Source: Chloropicon primus
Lineage: Eukaryota
Direction: 5' to 3'
DNA: 64,000 nucleotides
Assembly: GCA_023205875.1 (NCBI GenBank)
Contig: CP060759.1
Span: forward strand, 62,001-126,000
This document shows, piece by piece, positions 41,288 through 51,700 of this stretch (positions are counted from its first letter, which is position 1; every line of letters begins with the position of its first letter). The notes below the pieces were generated by a model, which worked only from the letters and a program-made list of their open reading frames with translations, was not told where the DNA came from and made no database searches. Position numbers and translations under genes: made by a program.

Positions 41288-42298
41288 TCAGTCGGAAGAC
41301 TCCCCGTCCTCCTCTCCCTCTTGCAGCAGCCTCAAAATGACAGACTCGACTTGACTGAAAAACTGAAAGTGAGCCGTGCCCATCGTCATCGGGTTCTCCT
41401 TCTCGTAAATCCTTCGGAGAAAGAGAAGCAGCGCCCCCGTTGGCGCTGACAGTGGCACGTTGTGCATCACCGCATCGCACGCCGTCGTCGCCAAGCCGGC
41501 GTGCGTCTCCCAATCGGTGGACAGGCACCTCCTGCATCCTCTTCGTAAGCCAAAGGACAGGTGAAACACTTGTGGATGCCTCGTAGACAGGGCGAGGTAC
41601 TCCTCTCTCCAGTGCTCTGGGACTTTTAGTTCCCTAACTGTCAGGTCTCTGGTGTGTGGGCACGCCCTGTGGACCAGGTCTCGCCACAGGTCGTTGGAGG
41701 CTGCCAGTCGGTTCCACAGCCTGCAGACCGAGGCGCACCTCGCGAGGGTCTTGGGATCTAGGTGGGCGAATACCCGAGACAGGACGCAGGCGTCCAGGTA
41801 GGGAAGGTCCTGCTCGACTTTCCTGCGCTGGACGAGGATGTGGACCCTCTTGAGCTTTGCGCTCAGCTGCTTCGTCTTCTTCGTCGGCAGCCGGTTCTCG
41901 ACCGAAGATTTCAGGGCAGCGATGGCGTCCAGGTCGGCCTGGCCCCAGCACAGCGACGAGGCCTCGCTCTGGATGTATTCCACGCTCGCTTCAACGTCCT
42001 CGACGACGCGCCGTTGGCACCCCCGTTGGCAGAGCTCAAAGGCGACGTCCACGAAGAGTGCTAGCTCCGCGAGAGCCTCGTGGAACGTGCACCGCGAGCG
42101 AAGCCCCTCACGAAGCCGGAGGCTTTGGACGTAGTCCCCCGCCGTGATGGACTGCCTGTACCCGTCCCCCTCCTTGATCGCCTCCACCACTTCGTGCAAC
42201 GCCTTCTTCTCCGCCTTCATCACCCGAACGAGCGAACTGGAACTCCTCGACTGCTGAGGCTGAGGCTCCTCAATTGAAGTGGGCGACTGCCCCAACAA
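41288..42298 (-). CDS. F-box protein (start uncertain)
   Basis: LPYLDACVLSRVFAHLDPKTLARCASVCRLWNRLAASNDLWR. Confidence 0.75.
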   Translation of the reverse strand: MLGQSPTSIEEPQPQQSRSSSSLVRVMKAEKKALHEVVEAIKEGDGYRQSITAGDYVQSLRLREGLRSRCTFHEALAELALFVDVAFELCQRGCQRRVVEDVEASVEYIQSEASSLCWGQADLDAIAALKSSVENRLPTKKTKQLSAKLKRVHILVQRRKVEQDLPYLDACVLSRVFAHLDPKTLARCASVCRLWNRLAASNDLWRDLVHRACPHTRDLTVRELKVPEHWREEYLALSTRHPQVFHLSFGLRRGCRRCLSTDWETHAGLATTACDAVMHNVPLSAPTGALLLFLRRIYEKENPMTMGTAHFQFFSQVESVILRLLQEGEEDGESSD

Positions 42299-42415
42299 AA
42301 GGTCTCCTCGTCCTCGGTCGTTTCGGTGATCCGGGCTGGTCTTGATCTGGGCTGCCGCCCAGGCGGGCCGCGTCGCCTACCAATGCCTTGTCACCCAGCC
42401 CGTCCCTTAGGCATA

Positions 42416-42445
42416 CGAGGACGACAGGACGTCCTGTCGTCCTCG
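42416..42445. repeat. Perfect 30-bp palindrome
   Basis: CGAGGACGACAGGAC|GTCCTGTCGTCCTCG with no spacer. Confidence 0.95.
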
Positions 42446-43284
42446 CCCTCCTCCTTCGGTTACCCCAACCATCGTCCTAACCAATAGCACTGTTGTTGGA
42501 AAGGGCAAGAACCTGCCTTGAACCGTCCCCGCGTCGTGCCTCCCCAATATGCCCTGCCCTGCCCGTCATCCCTTGAGGTATACGACAGGACGTGCCCCTT
42601 GCGTCCTCGTCCTCCCCTCTTGTGAACCAAAAGTCAACCCCACAAGCCACAGCTCGTTGTTTCTGGTTCTGGTTGTTGGGTCTTGGTTGAGGATAACGCG
42701 CGTTATCTTTTGTCTCGCCTGATGGAATCCTCACCCCAGGTTCAGGTTCCTTTTCATCCGATGCGATGTGGAATACAAAAGACATCGTACAAAAAGACAT
42801 CGCTCTTTCTACAGGGACCAACGGCAAAGAGGAGGAGCCACACTGCAGACCTACGAACGGGCGAGAAGGTGAGGAAACGGAAGCACGAGACCACGAGGGA
42901 AAGACCATGGCGGGGGCCTCGGGGCCCGAAACGGATCGAATCATCGAGTTGAGGGCTTTCGAACGAGACCTCGGTCGAAAAATGGGACGATAAAACGAGG
43001 ATTCGGGACGAGGTCGAGGATCCCCACACTCTGCTTTTCTCTTGTTGTTGACAATATGTTGTTGTTGTTGTTGTTCATAATGATGATGCTGGTGATGTCT
43101 CGCGAATGGGTTGGGGTAGGTGTCACACGCTCGTGCGGGAGTGTTGCGTTGCCGATTGCATTGCGACGAGGGAGGCCAAGGTGAGTCAAAAGCGAGAACA
43201 GCGATAAAAATCAACTGAAACCTGACCTGTCTCTCTGTCTCTCTCTGTCTCTCTCTGTTCGTTCGTTCGTTCGCTCGTTCAGGG

Positions 43285-43321
<37 letters not shown>

Positions 43322-43327
43322 TGAAGG

Positions 43328-44350
43328 ATGCCACCGGGGGGAGTGCACTTGACTGCGGGGGTTGGGGCGCTGAGGTGCTTCTCTTACGCCTACGGTGCGA
43401 GCAGGTTGGTCCGGGGGAAAGTTGATGGGGCTCTGGGGAGGTTCTGCCCATCGGTGGAAGCCGCGGACAGGAGAAAGGCGATCGCGGTAGGTTTCATCCT
43501 GGGCACGATACTTCCGGACGCCGATCTCCTGCTGTGCATACTCATAGGGGCCGTGACGACGATCACCGAGAAGGACTTGGAAGTGTTTCACAGAACTTTC
43601 AGCCATTCGCTCCTCGTCATTCCGTTGCTGGCGCTGGCCCTCATTTCTTGGCTCCAGTCCGTGGAGGCCAAGGGGACCAAGGGCGCGCGGGGGGCTCTGC
43701 AGAAGTGGGCCGTGAGGCTGGGGCTGGTCCGCGGCGGGGAGGAGCCGCGGACCAGCGTGCCGCAAGTCCTGGTTCTGTTCGTGACCTCGGTTGCCCTCGG
43801 CTGCGCCTTGCACTGCGTGATGGATCTGTTCTACGTGATGAAGTTGCAGATCCTGTGGCCGCTTTCTTACCAGTTCGACGTTCCGCTGATTTACCCGCTC
43901 GAGTTCCTTTCTGAGAAGGGGAAGAAGCTCCTGATCATTTTGGACTTCGGCTCGGACATGGCGTTCTGGTACCTGCCGCTTCTCGTCATCTGCGGCAAGA
44001 CCGGCATCCAGGGCGACAAGGTCAGTTTCTTGGCTTGCGTCATCGCTTCTTACGTCTTGACCCTGGGGTTCTTCATGAGAGAATCCTGGATCGGCGATGC
44101 GGTGTCGACTGTTCACTTCACCAGGCGGCTTTATATCACCGGCACGGTTTGGGTCACGACGCTGAAGTTGTCGCCCGTGATCTTCGGCGAGGCCGTCACG
44201 GCCGTCTGCATGGATCCCCTCGCAGCTCTGGAGCCGCGACCACAGCAGACGTGGCAGGAGGGGGAGTGCATGAAGAGGGCGGCTCTGAAGAAGATCATTG
44301 CTGCGCGGTCCAAGAGGCGCGCCAACTTTGCGAAGGCTCTCCTCCTGTGA
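43328..44350 (+). CDS. Membrane metal-dependent hydrolase, YdjM/DUF457-like
   Basis: HLTAG, GTILPDADL, FHRTFSHSL, HCVMDL motifs with TM helices. Confidence 0.8.
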   Translation: MPPGGVHLTAGVGALRCFSYAYGASRLVRGKVDGALGRFCPSVEAADRRKAIAVGFILGTILPDADLLLCILIGAVTTITEKDLEVFHRTFSHSLLVIPLLALALISWLQSVEAKGTKGARGALQKWAVRLGLVRGGEEPRTSVPQVLVLFVTSVALGCALHCVMDLFYVMKLQILWPLSYQFDVPLIYPLEFLSEKGKKLLIILDFGSDMAFWYLPLLVICGKTGIQGDKVSFLACVIASYVLTLGFFMRESWIGDAVSTVHFTRRLYITGTVWVTTLKLSPVIFGEAVTAVCMDPLAALEPRPQQTWQEGECMKRAALKKIIAARSKRRANFAKALLL

Positions 44351-44982
44351 TGCCGTCTGCGAGTAGGAGGGAGCCACGATCGGTCTCGTTTTTGTTTTTT
44401 TCCGGGGGGGGGAGGGGAACCTACTTGTAATTCTTTAGGTTATAACCAATAACAACGCGTATGGAATGCTTTTATATATATACACATTGGTCCATCGTCT
44501 ATGAACCCAACAGTGGCGGAGCAGGACATCCATGTCCATGTTCGCCTCCGTGTCCATGCCTCCACCACAGACGCGCGCCCCAAGCCCACAGAGGGAGGCC
44601 GATCAGGAGCAGTGGCCTGCGTCCCCCCCCCCCTGCACCTTCATCTCTCTGCCCAAGCCTCCCCACGGGCGTCCCCCTCCTCCCTGGCTCCTCTCCTCTC
44701 CTCTCCTCTCCTCCAGTCGACAGGGGAGATTGAGATTGTGGATTGTGTGGGCGGCGAGGAGGGAGGCGAACCTGACCTCAAGGGAGGAGAGGAGAGAAGG
44801 GGGCCTACGAGGGACGAGGCTCCTTGCGGCGCGGACGAGAGGACCGTCGTCGTCGTCGAGGGAGGGAGGGACCGTCTTCTGACAACGGGAGAGGGGGAAG
44901 GGAGAACCCACGACGTCGTGGGAGAACCCTCTCGTCTCGCTCGACGTCACTCGGCGCCGGAACACGCGCACACACAAACGGG

Positions 44983-46687
44983 ATGGTGAGACTCAAAGCG
45001 CAGCAGCCGCGAAGGAATGGCGGGAAGGGTGGGCTGGGAGGGGCGAGGGGCGGGAGGAAGGGGAGGGAGAGGGTCTCCCAGGGCATCCCGCGCCGGTCAA
45101 AGTCGTACGAGAACCTCCTGACGCGGTGTGACCCGCAAGAGCTCACGCGGGAGGAGGCTCCAGCGGAAACGACCGAGGTCTCCGAGGTTGTCGGCGGGGA
45201 GGACGCTCTCGGGACTTTGACCGACCCGAACCTGGTGGTCGACGGGGAGGCGGGGACGGCGCCGAAGGAAGCCTCCGTGGCGGAGCTTCTCAAGTTCACG
45301 GTGCCGACCATGGGGATCTGGCTCGCTTCCCCCATACTCTCTCTCGTGGATGCCACGGTGGTCGGGTCGCAGTCCGTGGTCGAGCTCGCTGCCCTGACCC
45401 CGGGGACCGTCCTGGTGGACTACCTGGTCTACGTCTTCACGTTCCTGGGAATAGCGACGACGAACATCCTTTCGGTGACGGTCGCGGAGAGAAACGCGAA
45501 GAAGACCGAGTCGAGGCTCAACGACGCGCTCACGCTGGGCTTGGTGTGCGGCGTTGTCCTCGGGGGCCTCATCTTCGTTGTCAACGGGAAGCTCTTCCCC
45601 ATGGTGATCGGCGCGGGTGCCCAGGAGCTCGTGAAGCCGGCGTCTGTCTACGCCTCCATCAGAGCCCTCGGAGTACCTTTTGCGCTCGTGGGAATGGTGC
45701 TCAACTGCGCCTTCTTGGCCTCCAAGAACACTCGAATCCCGCTCATTTCGACGCTCATAGGAGGCTTCGTCAACCTCGGGGGGGACATTGCCCTTGTGAA
45801 CTACCTTGGCTGGGGGATTGCGGGGGCGGCCTGGGCGACCGTGCTGTCGCAGCTGCTCACCGTGGTGGTGCTGTGCGCTTACGCCAGCGGGACCTTTGCC
45901 GGCATGCCGTTCAGGATGCGCATGAAGGTGCCCAAGCTGTCGTCCTTGCTCGAGTTCGTGAGAATCGCGGGCCCCGTGAGCATCATCCTGCTGAGCAAGG
46001 TCGTTGTCTTCTCCGTAGTGAGCCTGAGTGCGGCAAATTTGGGTGAGTTTGCTCGTTCTTTGCCTCTGGAAATGGCTTTTCTCCCGTTTCCCGTTCTTAC
46101 GACTGACGGCGTTTTTTTTTCTTCCTTCCTTCCTTCTTTCGCTTCGTCCAGGTGCAACGGCTTCGGCGGCGCACACGCTGCTCTTCAATGTATTTTTATT
46201 CTTCTGTGTGCCTGGGGACTCTCTCAACCAGTGTGCGCAGACATTTTTGCCCCCGGTCGCGGGGATCTTGAAGTCAGAGAAGGTGCTGAAAACTAGAATT
46301 ATCCTCACGGGAAACGTCATTGGGGTGGCCAACGTGATTCTGGCGCTTTTGCTGATCTTCTGTTTCCCTCAGATCCTCACCACGGACGCCTTGGTGACCA
46401 GGGCTCTCCAGGGTTGCGGGGCGCTGCTGAGCCTGGTCTTGTTCCTTCACCCCTTTGGAATTTCCACCGAGGGTATCTTGATGGCAACCAAGGAGTTTGA
46501 TTACCTCCTCGGCACGTACATCATTAACATGCTCTGCATGCTTGGGACGGTCAAGCTGATCGGTGCCACTGGACCGAACCTCTCAAAGGTTTGGATCTCG
46601 CTGGCGTTCATGCAGGTGCTGAGGCTCGCGGCAAACATGAGGAAGATCATCCCTCAGCAAATGAAGAGGATTCCGAAAACGGCGTGA
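44983..46687 (+). CDS. MATE efflux transporter (EDS5/DTX46-like); exons 44983-46042, 46152-46687
   Basis: GIWLASPILSLVDATVVG, ELAALTPG, YASIRALG, NLGGD..GIAGAAWAT, AAH..GDSLNQCAQTFLP. Confidence 0.9.
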
Positions 46688-47205
46688 ATCATCTAGAAAC
46701 TAGAAACTTTTTCTTGCGCTTTTTTTTCAGTTATTTTTAGGCTAAAACAAAATAAAACCAATCGAAACGAAAGCACAAGCGCAGCTAGCTAGCTTCTGTG
46801 TATCCTTTATAAACACTTACTTTTTACCTTTTCATCTTTTTTTTTTTGGGGGGGAGCATGCCAGCAGCATCGTGAAAGGGGTCTTTGGATCCCACCTGAA
46901 CCATCAAGTGGTCTCATCTCGATTCCCTCCTCCCTCCAGACCACGCCCCCCCCCCCCTCTTCCAGACCGCGCCTCCCGCCATTTTTAATTTTTTTCTCAA
47001 ACTGCCTCGCCTTGCTTCGCGTGGTTTGAGAGAGAGAGAGCGACGAGGAGGGCGACGAGGGGGGAGACGAGGGGGGCGAGGACGGCGAGGAGGACGGCGA
47101 GGAGATCGATAGAGGGTCCTCGGATCTTTCGAAAGAGCCCTCGCTCGAAAGAAACGGCGCTGGGGTGAGGCATTGAGAGCGGTGGACCGAGAGAGGTCGC
47201 GCGAA

Positions 47206-48651
47206 ATGGAGGCAGAGGTCGCGACGATGGAGGCGAGAAGAACGAGCTGGAGGAACGGCGCGAGGAGGCTGACGATATGCATCCCTCGCGAGATCCTTTG
47301 CCAAGAATTGGCCCAGCACTTCACCCCGGGGGAAGCGTATCGGGTCGCTTTGGATTTTGAAAAGTCGAACAAGGAAACCGAAACCGGTGGAGTGGACGAC
47401 AGGGGTGAGGACCTCATCCACTTGTGGAGGGAGGTGAGGCGGAGCTTTGGGCGATACATCGGCGACGAATGGAGGGAGGACTTCTCTTTGGTCGCGGAAG
47501 GGGGAGCGAGGCTGAACCCCCTGAACCCGACGATAGGAGTCGCCGAGGGGGACGTCTTCGAGCTGTCGCGTCCAATGGCTTGGGAGAAGAACCTGTGGCC
47601 GGACGCCGCGAAAGGGGTCGTGGATCGGGGCCAGGTGCTCCCAGCGAGGCCGGAAGCTGCTGGCCCGACGCCCGTGAAGAGCCCGAGCAGGAGCTCGCTG
47701 AGGAAGAGCAAGAAAAGGATGGGAAAACGGATGGAGAGGCTCGGGAGGCTGAACCTCATAGATGCTGCCAAGGTCGTGAGAGACGGAGGCAGCAAAGAGA
47801 GCAGACAGCAGCAGCAGCACCCAGCCTTCCGAGGAAGCCACGTCGTATTTGGGGAGGGGGGAAACGAGGCAGCTGCTGAGGACGAACAGGCGTCGCCCTC
47901 GGCTTCGGGCCGATACGAGTTCTACTGCGAGGGGGCCAGCGCCGACAGATCTTTGACCCGGGATGCTTTTCTCCAGGATGCTGGCAAGTACAGCGCTTAC
48001 CCGCTCTTAGAAGAGGGCTCGCTGCCCAAGGAGGGCGCGAAAATTGCGTATAGAATTCTGGAAATAGTGGAGCCAGGCATTCCTCAGCTCTCTGGTTACA
48101 GACTGGGAACGGTGCAGCAGGCGAATGAGCAAACCACGGAGGTCACGGTTGTTCCAGCAGAAGAACCGGGCTATGGTCTCTCTGAAAAGTATACGGAGGA
48201 TGGGACCCTGCGAGCAGACCTGCGTGATTTGCAAGAGATCAGGGTATTGGAAGAAAGTGTCGCGGGTGCTTCTGACGCTGGCGACAGTCTCGTTCCGTAC
48301 AACAGGGTGGCCGGGCCGCCGAAGCCGGGCACGAGCAAGGAGTTCACAAATTGCAAGACGTACGAGTCTTACTTGGAGCATGCTCACAAAGTGTTTGAGG
48401 AGGAGAGGGAAGCTTCTGCGTTAGCTAGAGGGACTTACGAGGATTACTTGGACCACGCTCACAAAGTGTTCGAGGCGACGCGAGCTTCCGCGTTAGCGGA
48501 AGGAAGTGGGGAAGGCTCCTCAGAAGGAAAAAAGAAGAGCGCAGGAAATCCAAAGGCAGCTCCAAAGATAAGAAAGGGAAGTATGAGCAAGAAAATGAGG
48601 GCAAAGTGCTTCAGCTTGAGTGTGGGTCACATGTTGAAGGAATTACAGTAA
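47206..48651 (+). CDS. COIL: Coilin-like protein
   Basis: Tudor-like YSAYPLL..PKEGAKIAYRILEI..PQLSGYRLGTV, a ubiquitin-like N-terminal pattern, and a basic linker. E2F-like TCCCGCCA upstream at 46974. Confidence 0.7.
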   Translation: MEAEVATMEARRTSWRNGARRLTICIPREILCQELAQHFTPGEAYRVALDFEKSNKETETGGVDDRGEDLIHLWREVRRSFGRYIGDEWREDFSLVAEGGARLNPLNPTIGVAEGDVFELSRPMAWEKNLWPDAAKGVVDRGQVLPARPEAAGPTPVKSPSRSSLRKSKKRMGKRMERLGRLNLIDAAKVVRDGGSKESRQQQQHPAFRGSHVVFGEGGNEAAAEDEQASPSASGRYEFYCEGASADRSLTRDAFLQDAGKYSAYPLLEEGSLPKEGAKIAYRILEIVEPGIPQLSGYRLGTVQQANEQTTEVTVVPAEEPGYGLSEKYTEDGTLRADLRDLQEIRVLEESVAGASDAGDSLVPYNRVAGPPKPGTSKEFTNCKTYESYLEHAHKVFEEEREASALARGTYEDYLDHAHKVFEATRASALAEGSGEGSSEGKKKSAGNPKAAPKIRKGSMSKKMRAKCFSLSVGHMLKELQ

Positions 48652-48704
48652 GGATTTTGAAAGTCTGCAACACAAAGAAAATTTGCTCTTGGTTTTACCA
48701 CTTG

Positions 48705-51700
48705 TTACCCCATCTTCAACTCAGCCAGCTCGATCTTTGCTTCCGTCAGCTCGCCAATCAGGAAGGAGTTCTCCTCCTGGAGAGCGATCTTCTGATTGAC
48801 CAGCTCCTGAATCACCTTCTTGTGATCCATGTCTGCTGGCTTCTCCTCGGAAATCTTGATATTGCTGAAATCGTTCTTGCCGGACTCCTCCAATTCTTCC
48901 TTTGGCTTTTCGTTGGCCAGCCTCAAGAATTGCAGTTCTGATTCCAACTCGTCGATTCTGGCTTGCAACTTTGCCACAGCCAATTCGCTTTCGCCCTCCG
49001 CCTTTGTTGCGTCAGAGGAAACAGATACCTCTGCTGGTGACGCCATGGCCTCATCCCTCTCCCTGGTCAACGTCTCCACCGCAGTTGTTAGCTCATTGAC
49101 TTTCAGAACAGTTGCAGCCAAGTCCTCTCCCTTTTTGGAGCTCTCCTCTTCCAAGGTCGTGACCTGAGAGGTAAGCGCAGCGATCTCTGCACTGGACTCC
49201 ACGGCCTCTTGGGTCTTCAAGGCGACCTTCTCTTCGAGATCCTTGATCGACTGCCACAATTCTTCCTCTTCTTCAGGCGTCAAGGTTTCGGTTTCCTCCG
49301 GGGCTTCCACAGCACCAGGCTCTTTGGGAGCACCGTTTTCCCTTTTCAAGGCCTCCAGGGACGCAGTCAGAGCCTCGACCTTCAAAAGAGTCTCAGCAAG
49401 CTCTCCTTCCTTGCTCGAGCTCTTTTCTTCCAAGGAGATGATTTGGGATGTAAGGTCCGCAATCTTGGTATTGCGTTGCTCCACAGCCTTTGTCTTCGAG
49501 GCGACCTTCTCTTCCAACTCCTGGATGGATTGCTGCAGCTCTGTCTGGCCCTCAGATGATTGCTCTCCTTGTCCCTCAGATGCAGTGGCCTCGTCCTTCT
49601 CCCTCGTCAGGGCCTCGACGGTGGCGGTCAAAGCCGCGACCTTCAGAAGGGTCTCAGCAAGCTCTCCTTCCTTGCTCGAGCTCTTCTCCTCGAGAGTGGC
49701 GACCTGAGATGTGAGCTCGCCTATCTTTGCACTGGACTTCTCAGCCTCTTGGTTCTTCAAGGCGACCTTCTCTTCCAACTCCTGGATGGATTGCTGCAGC
49801 TCTGCTTGGGCCCCCGATGCCTGTTCTGCCTGCGATGCAGTGGCCTCGTCCTTCTCCCTCGTCAGGGCCTCGACGGTGGCGGTCAAAGCCGCGACCTTCA
49901 GAAGGGTCTCAGCAAGCTCTCCTTCCTTGCTCGAGCTCTTCTCCTCGAGAGTGGCGACCTGAGATGTGAGCTCGCCTATCTTTGCACTGGACTTCTCAGC
50001 CTCTTGGTTCTTCAAGGCGACCTTCTCTTCCAACTCCTGGATGGATTGCTGCAGCTCTGCTTGGGCCCCTGATGCCTGTTCTGCCTGCGATGCAGTGGCC
50101 TCGTCCTTCTCCCTCGTCAGGGCCTCGACGGTGGCGGTCAAAGCCGCGACCTTCAGAAGGGTCTCAGCAAGCTCTCCTTCCTTGCTCGAGCTCTTCTCCT
50201 CGAGAGTGGCGACCTGAGATGTGAGCTCGCCTATCTTTGCACTGGACTTCTCAGCCTCTTGGTTCTTCAAGGCGACCTTCTCTTCCAGTGCCTGGATGGA
50301 TTGCTGCAGCTCTGCTTGGGCCCCTGATGCCTGTTCTGCCTGCGATGCAGTGGCCTCGTCCTTCTCCCTCGTCAGAGCCTCGACCTTCAAAAGAGTCTCA
50401 GCAAGCTCTCCTTCCTTGCTCGAGCTCTTTTCTTCCAAGGAGATGATTTGGGATGTAAGGTCCGCAATCTTGGTATTGCGTTGCTCCACAGCCTTTGTCT
50501 TCGAGGCGACCTTCTCTTCCAACTCCTGGATGGATTGCTGCAGCTCTGCTTGGGCCCCTGATGCCTGTTCTGCCTGCGATGCAGTGGCCTCGTCCTTCTC
50601 CCTCGTCAGAGCCTCGATGGTGGCGGTCAAAGCCGCGACCTTCAGAAGGGTCTCAGCAAGCTCTCCTTCCTTGCTCGAGCTCTTCTCCTCGAGAGTGGCG
50701 ACCTGAGATGTGAGCTCGCCTATCTTTGCACTGGACTTCTCAGCCTCTTGGTTCTTCAAGGCGACCTTCTCTTCCAACTCCTGGATGGATTGCTGCAGCT
50801 CTGCTTGGGCCCCCGATGCCTGTTCTGCCTGCGATGCAGTGGCCTCGTCCTTCTCCCTCGTCAGGGCCTCGACGGTGGCGGTCAAAGCCGCGACCTTCAG
50901 AAGGGTCTCAGCAAGCTCTCCTTCCTTGCTCGAGCTCTTCTCCTCGAGAGTGGCGACCTGAGATGTGAGGTCGCCTATCTTTGCACTGGACTTCTCAGCC
51001 TCTTGGTTCTTCAAGGCGACCTTCTCTTCCAGTGCCTGGATGGATTGCTGCAGCTCTGCTTGGGCCCCTGATGCCTGTTCTGCCTGCGATGCAGTGGCCT
51101 CATCCCTCTCATCCTCCAAAGTTGCAATCTGGGCTCTGAGCAATGCAATGGATGCACTGTCCCTCCTCGAGGAGGGAGTACCTTCAAATTCCTCGATCTC
51201 CTCCATCGCCTGTTGCAATTCCGCCTTTTGCTTCTTCTCTTGCTTGACAGTTTCTTCAAGCTCCCGCACAGTTCTGTCAGCCTCGTCCTTTTCTGCCCTG
51301 ACCTCGTCGAGCTCCCTTATCAGAGCTGTCACCTTCGTGAGCAGCTTCTCATTTTTGGCCGCCAAGTCAGCTGCCTGCTGCTGCACGGGCTCGAAGTCCT
51401 CCTCAGCTGATTCGAAATCTTTAGAGGCAGTTGAGCCCGTCTCTTCGTTGTTGCCTCTAGGCTCCTCCCTCAGCTTCTGAAGCTCCGTGTCCTTTTCCTG
51501 AATAGCTTTCTTCAGGTTCCCAACACGGGTTTCGGAGATCAATGCCTCTTGCTTCAAGAATTCTATCTGCTGGTTTGCCTTCTCGAGTTCGCCCGCGTAT
51601 TTTTTCTCCGTCTCGTCCCTTGTGTCCTCCAAGAGCTTGAGCTGACTCTTCGAGGAATGCAGACCTCCGATTTTCCTCTTCATGCTCTCCAGCTTCTTCT

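Noticed and set aside
42766..42993. 75-aa ORF in the F-box/hydrolase gap
   Set aside because: Short and motif-free, with overlapping alternative ORFs of similar size.
43228..43320. Microsatellites (CT, TTCG, GT here; also near 25946, 53967, 60303, 60903)
   Set aside because: Ubiquitous in spacers of this genome; no specific structure.
49340..51105. Regular repeats considered as a CRISPR-like array
   Set aside because: Units are contiguous in-frame 255-bp coding repeats with no unique spacers.
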